A stretch of DNA of 64,000 nt from Candidatus Latescibacterota bacterium (GTDB taxonomy: Bacteria > Latescibacterota > UBA2968). The position numbers and the translations under genes were made by a program. The notes under the pieces are model-generated. The model was not told where the DNA came from, ran no database searches, and worked only from the letters and a program-made list of their open reading frames with translations. Position 1 is the stretch's first letter, and the number at the start of each line of letters is the position of its first letter. Positions 33,014-42,995 of the stretch are shown here, piece by piece. Where the stretch lies: contig OZ240241.1 of assembly GCA_965198115.1 (NCBI GenBank), positions 8,000,001-8,064,000 on the forward strand. The letters are read 5' to 3'.

Positions 33014-33047
33014 CGATGTCAGCTGTAGGGTACGGGATCTAAAAAGG

Positions 33048-34467
33048 GGCTCTATCCGGGTTTCTCAACGGTGAAACTATAGAATGACAAGGTCATAGAT
33101 CGTTCCCTACGCTTGGTTGTGTGTGTAGGACAATCAAAGCGAAGGGGGTGCGACCTATGACCGGGAGCAGATTACTATCGAAACTGCTGAGATTCAAGGG
33201 GTTCCGTGTTGTCAGCTGGTGGTTTGAGGGGAGAAGCTGCTTCGTCATCGCCGTAAAGCCACATAAGAATGGTTGTTGTTGTCCGGAGTGCGGCCGTCGA
33301 GGTAAAATCGTCCGCACAATGCCCCATCCGCGTCGGTGGCGTGACATTCCGGTGTGCGGGTGGAGGGTCTGGCTTCTCTACCATCCTCGGGAGATTCGGT
33401 GTCCTACCCACGGTCGTGTGGTCGAGGAGATTCCGTGGGCGGAGCGGTTCTCTCGGGTGACGTATCGCTTCGAGTATGCCATGCTGCGCTACTGCCAGAC
33501 CATGACGCAGAAGGCGGCGTCCGAGTTACTGCGCATCTCTGCCTCGACGCTGTCGGATCTCCGTCACCGATCCATCACGCGGCTTCGTGAAGGTCATCGT
33601 ATCCGAGGGCTCAAAACCATCGGGATCGACGAGATCTCCTACGCCAAGCGTCACAGGTACGCCACGCTCGTTTACGATCTGGACCGCTCCTGCGTGGTGT
33701 GGGTTGGCCGCGGCAGGGCGCGTAAAACGATCGATCGGTTCTTCACAGAGGCTCTCAGTCCCTACCAGAGATCCAAGATCGAGTGGGCCTGCTGCGACAT
33801 GAGCGAAGCTTACATCGGAGCCATCCAGGAACACTGTCCGAATGCCAAGCTGGTCCTCGATCGCTTTCACATCGTCAAGGCTCTCAATGCCGCCGTTGAC
33901 GAGGTCCGTAAGGACCAGTGGCGTAAAGCTGCCCCGGATGAGCGCAAAGCCATGAAGGGCCTCCGATGGCTCCTCTACCGGCACTCAGCGACACGCTCCA
34001 GAGGGGATACTCGGACACTCAAAGCACTGGAGAAGGCGAACTACCGAATCTATAGAGCCTGGAGACTCAAGGACGAGTTCGAGCAGTTCTGGGAATACAA
34101 AGCGCCCTGGGCTGCCGAACGCTTCCTGAAATGCTGGACGACGTCCGCACTCAGAAGTCGACGTGAACCCCTGCGAAAGTTCGTCAGGACCCTGCGACAG
34201 CACTTCTTCGGCGTCCTCGCATTCGTGAACACGCGTCTTACCAACGCCATCGCCGAAGGCCTCAACCGAATCGTCCAAATCGTCAAGAACCGAGCCAGCG
34301 GATTCCGCACACTCGACGCATTCAACGATATGATCTTCCTTACCGTCGGAGACATAAACATCCCTGAGCAGATTCCGAAGAGGTTCCGCACACTCTAACC
34401 GCGCCCCCATGCCAGGAACCACGGCACCTTCACCCACTTCAGCTCGTTGAGAGATCCGGATATAGCC
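33048..34467 (+). mobile_element. ISL3-family IS, copy 1 (1420 bp)
   Basis: IRs GGCTCTATCCGGGTTTCTCAACG / GGCTATATCCGGATCTCTCAACG; 8-bp duplication TAAAAAGG. Confidence 0.95.
33157..34398 (+). CDS. ISL3 transposase
   Basis: CPECG zinc finger, GIDE, CDM, DRFH and TNAIAEGLN motifs. Confidence 0.95.
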   Translation: MTGSRLLSKLLRFKGFRVVSWWFEGRSCFVIAVKPHKNGCCCPECGRRGKIVRTMPHPRRWRDIPVCGWRVWLLYHPREIRCPTHGRVVEEIPWAERFSRVTYRFEYAMLRYCQTMTQKAASELLRISASTLSDLRHRSITRLREGHRIRGLKTIGIDEISYAKRHRYATLVYDLDRSCVVWVGRGRARKTIDRFFTEALSPYQRSKIEWACCDMSEAYIGAIQEHCPNAKLVLDRFHIVKALNAAVDEVRKDQWRKAAPDERKAMKGLRWLLYRHSATRSRGDTRTLKALEKANYRIYRAWRLKDEFEQFWEYKAPWAAERFLKCWTTSALRSRREPLRKFVRTLRQHFFGVLAFVNTRLTNAIAEGLNRIVQIVKNRASGFRTLDAFNDMIFLTVGDINIPEQIPKRFRTL

Positions 34468-34483
34468 TAAAAAGGAGAACCGT

Positions 34484-35038
34484 ATGACCAAGTTCTATCT
34501 GAAGAGTGCTGTTGTGGCCGCCATCATCGCTTTTGTTTGGGGGATGGTTTCGTGGATGGTGTTGCCCTAGCATTTAAACACGATGAAGGGCTTCGAGGAC
34601 GAAGAGGGCGCTCGCACAGCTTTTCGCTCGATGGCGACGCACGGTGATGGTGTCTACGTGATACCAAATCCGAGTATGGCGACGGATGAAGAAGCGCAGG
34701 CAGCGCACGCCAAGAAGCTACAGGAGGGGCCCTACGTTTTCATGAACGTCGCCGTCCACGGCATGAAGGGCGCTATGGGTCCACTGATGGGAATCGGATT
34801 CATTGCGAATCTGCTGGCTGCCATCGCTTTTACCTGGCTCCTGACTGTCACCTCGGGATTGTCCTATTGGGGAAAGGTCGCCTTCGTCACGATTGGTGCG
34901 ACGGCTGGTGGATTCCTCGCTCTGTTTCCTTACTACAACTGGTGGAGCTTCCCCGGCGATTTCATTTTCATCGGCATCCTGGACATCACGATCGCGTGGT
35001 TCCTGGGTGGATTGTGGCTGGCCAAGGTTTCGGAGTGA
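34484..35038 (+). pseudogene. Membrane protein with in-frame TAG
   Basis: AAGGAG RBS; ..WGMVSWMVLP*H.. with TAG at 34568-70 in frame with the downstream ORF. Confidence 0.75.
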
Positions 35039-35054
35039 GAGCCCTCCCAATCAC

Positions 35055-35852
35055 ATGAAGATATCCTTTTGCATGATGGGGTTCGGGTATACCCGGGAGA
35101 TCGCGGAACGATGCATCTCGCTGGCTGGCGAACTCGGCTACGACGGCATCGAGTTCTGGAAGCAATACCTGGATGACGCCGACCTCGAGTGGACCCGTCG
35201 AGCCACGGAAGAGCAGGGCCTCCAGATCGTCCAGGTCTGCCCGTATTTCGACTTTACGACGAGTTCTGATACGTACGAAGAGACTCTGCGTGAAGCCGAG
35301 CGTTTCATCGACTATGCTCGCAAGCTCGGCGCACCGTTCGTTCGGACCTATACAGGTAAAACGCCGAGCGCCGACGCCACGGACAAGATGTGGGATCGTT
35401 GTGTCGAGGGGCTGAGGGTGGTGTGCGACACAGGAGCGCAGCACGGGGTGACGTTCTTGCTGGAGACGCACCAGGTGATTCACGGCGGGCCCTGTCTGAC
35501 TGACACCAGCGCCAACACGCTGCGGCTGATGGAGCGCGTAGACCGGCCCAACTTACGGGTGGCGCTGCAGACGCCGCTGGTCGGCGAGTCGCCGTACGAG
35601 AGTGCGGAGCGCCTAGGAAGCGTGACGGAGCAGGTGCAAGCACACAACTGGACTGGCGCTACTGAATCGACGTGGGGGACGCTCCAGTATCTGGACTCCG
35701 GCGACCTGGACTTTTCCGAATACGTGCGCGTGCTGCGTGGGAAGGGTTTTGACGGCTGGATCTCGATCGACCATCCGAACCACCATCCCTGGGAGCAGAC
35801 CGCCGCTCACGAAATCGCTTATCTGCGACGACTCATAGCGGAGCTGGCGTAG
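35055..35852 (+). CDS. Sugar phosphate isomerase/epimerase (TIM barrel)
   Basis: LGYDGIE, LETH, G.LDF and GFDGWISI motifs. Confidence 0.85.
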   Translation: MKISFCMMGFGYTREIAERCISLAGELGYDGIEFWKQYLDDADLEWTRRATEEQGLQIVQVCPYFDFTTSSDTYEETLREAERFIDYARKLGAPFVRTYTGKTPSADATDKMWDRCVEGLRVVCDTGAQHGVTFLLETHQVIHGGPCLTDTSANTLRLMERVDRPNLRVALQTPLVGESPYESAERLGSVTEQVQAHNWTGATESTWGTLQYLDSGDLDFSEYVRVLRGKGFDGWISIDHPNHHPWEQTAAHEIAYLRRLIAELA

Positions 35853-35873
35853 GGCAAACAAACCGAGGAAATC

Positions 35874-38573
35874 ATGAGCGAAACGTCCTGGGTGCACAGC
35901 GGTTTCGAGGCGTTTTCCGAAGGACACTTCGAAGACGGAGGCAGCAACCTCTACGTCAACGTCAAAGGGATCATCGAGACAATCCACCGGACCGACGTCG
36001 ACAATGACGGCTATGTCGACATCGTTCTGCCGAACGCTCAGGGCTACAACGAGCGGGGGCCGACGTGGATCTATAAACCTGGTTCTGGTGACGGCTCGGA
36101 CTGGGAACGGCGAGAGCTGCCGACCGACAGCGGGGATATGTGCCGTATCCTCGACCTCGACGGCGACGGGTGCGAGGACCTGATCATCGTCAACTCGACG
36201 AACGGTGTATCGTGCGAGCTGCTCTGCCACATCTACTGGGGTGGTCCGAACGGGCTGACGGGCGAACGAACCGACCTGCCGACGGTCGGCGCCTACGATG
36301 TCACCGCCGTAGACGTCAACGGGGACGGGCGCCTGGACCTGGTCTTTCCTTCGGCCTGGGTCGACCATCACAACCCGGGGCGTCCCTTGCCGCTTCACAT
36401 CTATCTGCAGGGCCCCGACCGGCAGTTCGAAGACGCAGGCGCAGAGTACGGCCTTACCGGCATCGGCGCCCGTTCGGTGGCAGCGGCCGATCTGAATGGC
36501 GACGGGCATCTGGACCTGGTGGTGGCCAACTATCGCCACGAATTCGAATACAAGATCGAATCCTACATTTACTGGGGCACGGAGAAGGGTTTCGACACGA
36601 CGCCCCAGGGGCTTCCGACCGATACGGCGACGCACGTCTTCCTGGCCGACTACAATGGTGACGGTCTGCCCGAGGTCGTGTTCTGCGGCAACAACAAGGT
36701 GCAGATCTACTGGAACGACGAGGGCACGTTCAGTCGGGACAACGTGGTAGTCGTCGAGACGGAAGGGCTCAGCGGGGAGTTCCATTACGGCGCGCTCTTC
36801 GCTACGGCGGGGGACGTCGACGGCGACGGCCGGGACGAGCTGATCGTCGCCACGATGCGGGGCATTGAAATTCGGTCCGCAGATGACCTGATGGAGGTGC
36901 AGCAGTTCCTGCCCCTGAAGTTTGCGCACTGGGCCCACGTGGCGGATTTGGATGGCGATGGCCGGCCTGAGCTGATCGCCAGTAAGTACCAGGAGGACGA
37001 GACCTTCAACACGCGCTCGGCGATCTTCTGGAACGGGCCGGACGGATACTCGCCCGATCGCTGTAGCTGGGTGGACACGATGGGGGCAGAGGGCGTCACG
37101 GCAGGCGACCTCGACGGTGATGGCAAGCCCGTGATCGTATTCTGCAACACATTTACCGGCCACGCCAAGACCAGTCCGACGCTCCCCTCATACATCTACT
37201 TCGGCGGGTCCGAAGCGGACTACGGGGTGCACCGACGCCAGGAGCTGCCGGTGGGTGGTGAGTGCGGTGATTGCGCCATTGCCGACTTCGACCTCGACGG
37301 ATGGAACGACCTGGCCTTCGGCAAGATGACAGGGGTACGCGTTTTCCCCGGCGGCCCCGACGGGTTCAACCCGGACAGGCACTACGATCTGCCGTGTTTC
37401 CTGCCGTGCGTGCAGGTGGCCGACTTCAACAGAGACGGCTACCTGGATATTCTGGCGCTCAGCCATACGTACGACGAAAAGCCGGAGACGTTCGCTAACT
37501 CTTCGCGCATTTTCTGGGGCTCGGCAGAAGGTTTCAGCCCGGACCGCTGCGACATCTTCCCGACCTACTGCGGTGCCACAGGCTACCTGGCCGACCTCAC
37601 GCGCAACGGTTACCTGGATGTGATGGTCGGAGACAAGCGCGGTTACGTTCTGATCTACCTTGGTGGGCCTGAGGGTTATTCGATCGAGCGGACCGAGCGT
37701 ATTCCCATGTGGAAAGATTGGCAGGGAAGCGTCAACACCGCAGCGGATCTCAACGGTAACGGCTGGCTGGACCTGGTGGTTTCTAGTGCCGGGCATTATC
37801 ACCGGCAGCCGGATACCCTGACGATTTTCTACGGCGGTCCCGACGGCTACAGCTGGGACAACGCCCAGGATTACAAGGGCGGGTTTTCGCCCGGGCAGAT
37901 GTCCGTCGCCGACCTGAACAACAATGGTCTGCTCGACCTGATCGTCCCGGCCTACTCGAGCAGCATGACGCGGGTCGTGCCTATCCAGATTTTCTGGAAC
38001 CTGGGGGACCGGTTCGACCTGGAGCACCCACTCGAGCTTCACGCCGACGCTGGATTTGAGGCCCTGCCGATCGATCTCAACCGCAACGGCTGGACCGACC
38101 TGTTCGTGGCGTGCCACCGCAACGACATTGGTCACGTTGTGGATTCGCAGATTTTCTGGAACGGCCCGGAAGGGATTTCGAACGATCGTACGACGCCATT
38201 ACCTGGCATGGGACCGCACAGGCTGAACGTACGGCTGCCTGGAAACGCCTACACGCGGGAGCCGATGGAACGCTATACCTCACCGGCGCACGGGACGGGT
38301 GGGCGCCATCCGTGCCGAATCTGCTGGGAGGCTGAGGTGCCAGTGACGACGAACCTGCAGTTCGAGCTGCGCTGCGCTGTTGATGAACAGGCGTTGGAGG
38401 AGGCACCGTGGATGGGCCCTGGGGGTGGCGGGACGATGTTCGAGGAATCGGGCGCTTCGATTCCGGAATTATGGTCCTCGACCCGTTGCGTGCAGTACCG
38501 CGCGACGTTCACCTCCCTCTACGGCTGCCGTTCGCCGCGGTTGAGCCAGGTTCGAATCGATTTCACGGACTGA
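35874..38573 (+). CDS. FG-GAP/VCBS repeat protein, 899 aa, no signal peptide
   Basis: 14 D-x-[DN]-x-[DN]-G-type motifs counted, plus a C-terminal beta-rich domain. Confidence 0.9.
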   Translation: MSETSWVHSGFEAFSEGHFEDGGSNLYVNVKGIIETIHRTDVDNDGYVDIVLPNAQGYNERGPTWIYKPGSGDGSDWERRELPTDSGDMCRILDLDGDGCEDLIIVNSTNGVSCELLCHIYWGGPNGLTGERTDLPTVGAYDVTAVDVNGDGRLDLVFPSAWVDHHNPGRPLPLHIYLQGPDRQFEDAGAEYGLTGIGARSVAAADLNGDGHLDLVVANYRHEFEYKIESYIYWGTEKGFDTTPQGLPTDTATHVFLADYNGDGLPEVVFCGNNKVQIYWNDEGTFSRDNVVVVETEGLSGEFHYGALFATAGDVDGDGRDELIVATMRGIEIRSADDLMEVQQFLPLKFAHWAHVADLDGDGRPELIASKYQEDETFNTRSAIFWNGPDGYSPDRCSWVDTMGAEGVTAGDLDGDGKPVIVFCNTFTGHAKTSPTLPSYIYFGGSEADYGVHRRQELPVGGECGDCAIADFDLDGWNDLAFGKMTGVRVFPGGPDGFNPDRHYDLPCFLPCVQVADFNRDGYLDILALSHTYDEKPETFANSSRIFWGSAEGFSPDRCDIFPTYCGATGYLADLTRNGYLDVMVGDKRGYVLIYLGGPEGYSIERTERIPMWKDWQGSVNTAADLNGNGWLDLVVSSAGHYHRQPDTLTIFYGGPDGYSWDNAQDYKGGFSPGQMSVADLNNNGLLDLIVPAYSSSMTRVVPIQIFWNLGDRFDLEHPLELHADAGFEALPIDLNRNGWTDLFVACHRNDIGHVVDSQIFWNGPEGISNDRTTPLPGMGPHRLNVRLPGNAYTREPMERYTSPAHGTGGRHPCRICWEAEVPVTTNLQFELRCAVDEQALEEAPWMGPGGGGTMFEESGASIPELWSSTRCVQYRATFTSLYGCRSPRLSQVRIDFTD

Positions 38574-38597
38574 ACTGTCGTCTCTCGGAGGGGAATC

Positions 38598-39842
38598 TTG
38601 AGTCGCTTGTACTACAACGAAGAAGGTCGCGTAATTCCCACGCTCTGCGAGGAGCTGACCGTGTTTCGGCGTGCACGGAAAACGCTCGAGCTGCAAGAGA
38701 CTGCCGTGAAGGCGACCGTGTATCTGCTCGTGCGATGCTATCCTGAGAACGAGACGCCGCTTCACCTTTCCGTTAATGGTGTAGAGCTGGATCCTGTCAG
38801 CCCGGATGGCTCCGGGGCGTACAAGTGGCACGCCATCGAGGTCGAGGCGGATCGATTGCGGGGAGGGAAGAACACCTTCGAGTTGTGGGCAGAAACAACA
38901 GCTATGGAGGGTTGGTCGCTCGCGCTCGAGGCCGGACACGCGCAGCCTCACAGCGCCGTAAGCGACGACGGAGGGAACACCTGGCGAGGCGAGCGGATGG
39001 GATACCTGAACGCCGTGTTGGGCGAGTATGTGATCCGCGTGAGGCTAGACGAGGGGGATGACCCTGAGCCTCCGCCGATGATCTGGGAGACCGGAAGCGA
39101 GAGGCTGGGGTCGCTGAAGAAGCTGGTGCCGCCGGCAGCACGTGACGAAGGCCCTACGCTCAGACGGGCACGCGTCCTGTTCTCGTGGTTGTCCTCCACC
39201 TGGGAGCATACGGGCTCATTGCGCGCGTCCACGTATGGACCGTGGGACGCAGAGACGCTGTTGGGCTGGGGGCCTAAGCAAGTCGGGCACAATGGGAAGC
39301 GGCCCGTCGTGATGTGTGTTCACTATGCGGCCGCGTTCGTCAGTGCCGCTCAGTCCGTCGGAATCCCAGCCCGATGCGCGGTCCTGACTGGGGCGGTGAA
39401 CGGCTCCAACGGTCACTTCGTGACGGAGGTGTGGGAGGAGGAACTAGGAAAGTGGGTTGTCGTGGACCCGAATACGGATGCGCTGTTCGTGAAGGGCGGC
39501 GTTCCCATGTCGATGAACGAGATCCAGGAGGTCGGTTCCGACATCGATCAGCATATCGAGTACGGTCCCGGGTCCGAATTCCAGAACACGTTCCCGCACA
39601 TGGTAGAATGGCAAAAGGAAAACCTGGAGCAGGGCGTCTGCTTCGGTCACCGGAGTGTCTGGTTTCGTTCCGATCTGCTGGGGCATCCGGAACACAACCC
39701 TCCGGGGCACGGGTCGATCAGCTATTGCGAAACAGGGTTGGTCTGGGAAAAGAGGGATCTGGACGCCGGCTTCGGGATGTTTCCGTACTTCGGCGACAAG
39801 AACTACTTCGACGCACCGCCGGTCAGGCTAGAGAATCACTGA
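38598..39842 (+). CDS. Transglutaminase-like domain protein with N-terminal beta-sandwich
   Basis: MCVHYA (Cys), GIPAR, GHFVTEVW (His), WVVVDP (Asp). Confidence 0.85.
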   Translation: MSRLYYNEEGRVIPTLCEELTVFRRARKTLELQETAVKATVYLLVRCYPENETPLHLSVNGVELDPVSPDGSGAYKWHAIEVEADRLRGGKNTFELWAETTAMEGWSLALEAGHAQPHSAVSDDGGNTWRGERMGYLNAVLGEYVIRVRLDEGDDPEPPPMIWETGSERLGSLKKLVPPAARDEGPTLRRARVLFSWLSSTWEHTGSLRASTYGPWDAETLLGWGPKQVGHNGKRPVVMCVHYAAAFVSAAQSVGIPARCAVLTGAVNGSNGHFVTEVWEEELGKWVVVDPNTDALFVKGGVPMSMNEIQEVGSDIDQHIEYGPGSEFQNTFPHMVEWQKENLEQGVCFGHRSVWFRSDLLGHPEHNPPGHGSISYCETGLVWEKRDLDAGFGMFPYFGDKNYFDAPPVRLENH

Positions 39843-39920
39843 ATATGTGCGAACAGCTCTTTGGGAATGAGAAGCAATCGATGGTGACAAAGACCAATCA
39901 TCTATGTCACAGATCTCTAA

Positions 39921-41435
39921 ATGACTAAAGCGGGCGAGCTAAAGCTTCTCTGGGGGGACATCCACAACCATAACGAACTCGGCTATGGACAGGGGTCACT
40001 GGAGCGAAGCTATCAGATCGCACGGTCCCATCTCGATTTCTACGCGTTCACGCCTCACGCACAGTACGCCGACGGAGGGGCGCCCGACGGCTACCCGATC
40101 GTCAACGAAAACTGGGATGCGATCCAACGAGCGGCCGCGTCCCGCTACGAACCCCGGCGCTTCACAACCTTCCTCGCATACGAGTGGCACTCCGCCCAAT
40201 GGGGCCACGTTCACGTCGTGTATGAAGAAGACAATCGTCCCCTCCATTTCGCTCCGACCCTGACCGATCTCCAGGCCATTCACCGAGACGAACGCTCCAT
40301 CCTCGTTCCCCATCACATCGCGTACAACCGGGGCGTCGACTGGGACCTGTTCGACGCCGAGCTTTCGCCGATCGTCGAGATTTTCTCGGAACACGGGAGC
40401 TCGGAACGGGACGGCGGACTCCATCCCATGCTCGGGCACAGCGGAGGGCCCGGCTCCGCACAGTTCACCGCGCAAGGCGGGCTGACGCGTGGTCACCGGT
40501 TCGCGTTCACTGCAGGAACAGACAACCACGATGGCTATCCGGGGGGCTACGGTCTCGGTCTCACAGGTGTGTGGGCGGAGGAAAATACGCGTCACGCTGT
40601 GATGAAGGCGATCCAGACGGGTAAGACGTACGCGGTAACGGGGGATCGGGTCGAGCTGTGGATGACGGCCGACGGTGAGCCTATGGGGTCAACGCTGGAT
40701 CATGGTGATGTGGAGATTTCTTTCGAGGTGACCGGCAGGGACGCCCTGAGCCTGATCGAGCTCGTGCAGGACGGCCGGACGATCGTGTCCTGGGGTCCCG
40801 AAGCGATTCCAGGGTCGACCGATGACGATGGCCTCTACCGGTTCCGCGTGGAGTATGGGTGGGGGCCGATGAAAGGCTACCACGTCTACGACTGGACCGG
40901 ACGCGTCGAGGTCGTTGGCGGGCAGCTGGTCGATGCCGTGCCGTGCTTCGCGTCGGATCCATTCGACGAGCACCGGAGGAAGGAGATCGACTCTTTATCC
41001 GATTCCAGCTGCGATTGGCACTCGCACACCTCGCGAGGGGGCGTGTTCACGACCCGCAACTCGAACAGCGTGGCGAGGGCAAACGACGCGGTGTGCTTCG
41101 AGGTACAGGGGACGCCGAATACCCGCGTCGATCTCGAGATGACCTGTCACGCGGGGAACAGCATTGTCGCGACGAGTGTCGACTGGTCGACGGCAAACCA
41201 CCGGGGAAAGGTCGGCCGTTCTTTCACGATCGGGGAACTGCTCGAGGGACGCGTGGCCCTGCCGATGGGAAAGCCGTCTTCCTGGATCGTGATGCATCGA
41301 GCGTTCCCGACCACGGACTTGAGCTTCAGCACTTCCGTTCAGCTGAAGAACCAACGTGGGAGCTATGTCTATCTACGAACGACGCAGGCGAACGGGCAGA
41401 TGGCGTGGAGCAGTCCTGTCTTCATTGACCGATAA
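39921..41435 (+). CDS. DUF3604/PHP-like metallohydrolase
   Basis: WGDIHNH, LDFYAFTPH, YEW, PHH, GTDNH and AWSSPVF motifs. Confidence 0.85.
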   Translation: MTKAGELKLLWGDIHNHNELGYGQGSLERSYQIARSHLDFYAFTPHAQYADGGAPDGYPIVNENWDAIQRAAASRYEPRRFTTFLAYEWHSAQWGHVHVVYEEDNRPLHFAPTLTDLQAIHRDERSILVPHHIAYNRGVDWDLFDAELSPIVEIFSEHGSSERDGGLHPMLGHSGGPGSAQFTAQGGLTRGHRFAFTAGTDNHDGYPGGYGLGLTGVWAEENTRHAVMKAIQTGKTYAVTGDRVELWMTADGEPMGSTLDHGDVEISFEVTGRDALSLIELVQDGRTIVSWGPEAIPGSTDDDGLYRFRVEYGWGPMKGYHVYDWTGRVEVVGGQLVDAVPCFASDPFDEHRRKEIDSLSDSSCDWHSHTSRGGVFTTRNSNSVARANDAVCFEVQGTPNTRVDLEMTCHAGNSIVATSVDWSTANHRGKVGRSFTIGELLEGRVALPMGKPSSWIVMHRAFPTTDLSFSTSVQLKNQRGSYVYLRTTQANGQMAWSSPVFIDR

Positions 41436-41514
41436 ACATCCGGCCGCCCGGCTCCGCATCCTGTTCCTCTCGGCGAGAGGCGCGTCCGTCTACACGCTGC
41501 ATTGAGGTGGTGGG

Positions 41515-42600
41515 TTAGGGCACTTCCGGTGGTCCCTGATAGCCGATGCTGTCCCAACCAGCGACGTCGCCACCGTGCTGTCGGTAGGGGTGAGGCAGAA
41601 TGCGCATTGAACGGTCTTCCAGTGGCAGATGAATCCGTTCGTGGTCACGTTCTGCTGACAGCTTGAGTGCAATCGCAATCTCGAGCGCCTGGCGGTAGTC
41701 GTGGCCGCTGCACTGGGCCTCTTCAGCAGTGTCGAAGGCACGCATCAGACGCTCTACGACGTTGGTGAAGACGTCACCCTCATCGTCGTCGAGAAAGTCC
41801 GGATAGACCGGCGCCGCTTCAGCACCCGTTCCCTGGACGTGAACGGACTGCGGCTGACCGAGCCACACTTGACCATTGTCGCCCGTCACGGAAACCCGAC
41901 AAGCCACCTGGCGTGGCTGCGCAATCTCGCAGACGATGCCGGCAGAAAGCCCCAGGCGTCCGTAGGCGGGACGATCGATGTCGGGGTCCGTGGCGAACTC
42001 TTCCGGCAGCCAGCCGACGGCTGGGGGTAGCGTCCATCCCTCCACCCATTCGACCTCCATCCCAGTCAGCGCCCTTACCATCGTCAACTGTACACACCCG
42101 GCCCCAGAGACCTCGTTCGGTAGACCGCCCGGAATCGCCGCGCCGGTGAGGGTCCCGATGTTGCCCGCCTGAATCCAGGCTGCGGTCTCCAAGAGATGCG
42201 GGACCTCATAGTGTGCGGTTCCACAGCCGAAGGCACTGCCGTGATCGCGACAGACCTGAACGAGTTCATCGGCTTCGGCCAGAGAAACGGCAATCGGCTT
42301 CTCGCAGGAGACTACCTTTACACCCGCCTCGACGCATGTTCGCAGAACTGGCAGTGACTGGCGAACTGGTACGATCGCAGAGACGATATCAGGGATGGTA
42401 TCCGGGAAAAGTTCCTCTACGTCATCATAGATCGTGCTGATACCGTAGCGATCAGCGAATGCCTGCCGGCGGTCCTTCGCTCGATCGACCAGAGCGACGA
42501 TTTCACAGTTGTCGTGTTCCGCATAAGCACGCAGGTAGTGGCGGCCCCACGTCCCTGCCCCGCCGACGACGGCTACGCGGTACATCTGATTCTTCACCAA
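41515..42600 (-). CDS. Gfo/Idh/MocA oxidoreductase
   Basis: VGGAG.WG Rossmann motif; CEKPIA. Confidence 0.9.
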   Translation of the reverse strand: MVKNQMYRVAVVGGAGTWGRHYLRAYAEHDNCEIVALVDRAKDRRQAFADRYGISTIYDDVEELFPDTIPDIVSAIVPVRQSLPVLRTCVEAGVKVVSCEKPIAVSLAEADELVQVCRDHGSAFGCGTAHYEVPHLLETAAWIQAGNIGTLTGAAIPGGLPNEVSGAGCVQLTMVRALTGMEVEWVEGWTLPPAVGWLPEEFATDPDIDRPAYGRLGLSAGIVCEIAQPRQVACRVSVTGDNGQVWLGQPQSVHVQGTGAEAAPVYPDFLDDDEGDVFTNVVERLMRAFDTAEEAQCSGHDYRQALEIAIALKLSAERDHERIHLPLEDRSMRILPHPYRQHGGDVAGWDSIGYQGPPEVP

Positions 42601-42765
42601 GGGCGTCTCCTCTCAGCTTTGCAGTCCATTGTTATGAGATCCCATCCGAGGTTGGCATTTGTAGAATCCAGCATTCGCCCGCAATTTACGCATTCTGAGC
42701 CCGGCACGTGAGGACCTTCCCTTATGTCCCGAGGTGTGAGGTGTGCGAAACAAACGGAGGCTGAG

Positions 42766-42980
42766 ATGAGCAAGCTGTCAGGCATCTTCCCTGCCACTGT
42801 CACCCGGTTTGACAGCGACGGGGCCTTCAACGCGGCGGCCATGCACAGGATCATTCGTCACCAACTGGAGGCCGGTGTTCACGGCCTCTACGTGTGCGGG
42901 GGCACCGGTGAGGGGTTGTTGCTGACGACGGCGGAACATCGGGCAATGATCGAGACTGTTGTCGACGAAGTCGCCGGTAA
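42766..42980 (+). pseudogene. DHDPS/N-acetylneuraminate lyase family, truncated by IS
   Basis: GIFPATVT.F and CGGTGEG motifs; ends at the IS boundary and the remainder is not on the other side. Confidence 0.88.
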
Positions 42981-42995
42981 GGGTTCAATAAATAA

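Noticed and set aside
35613-38135. Long antisense ORFs (516 and 315 aa) opposite the FG-GAP gene, and similar ones elsewhere
   Set aside because: Typical shadow frames of GC-rich coding DNA, with no motifs or RBS.
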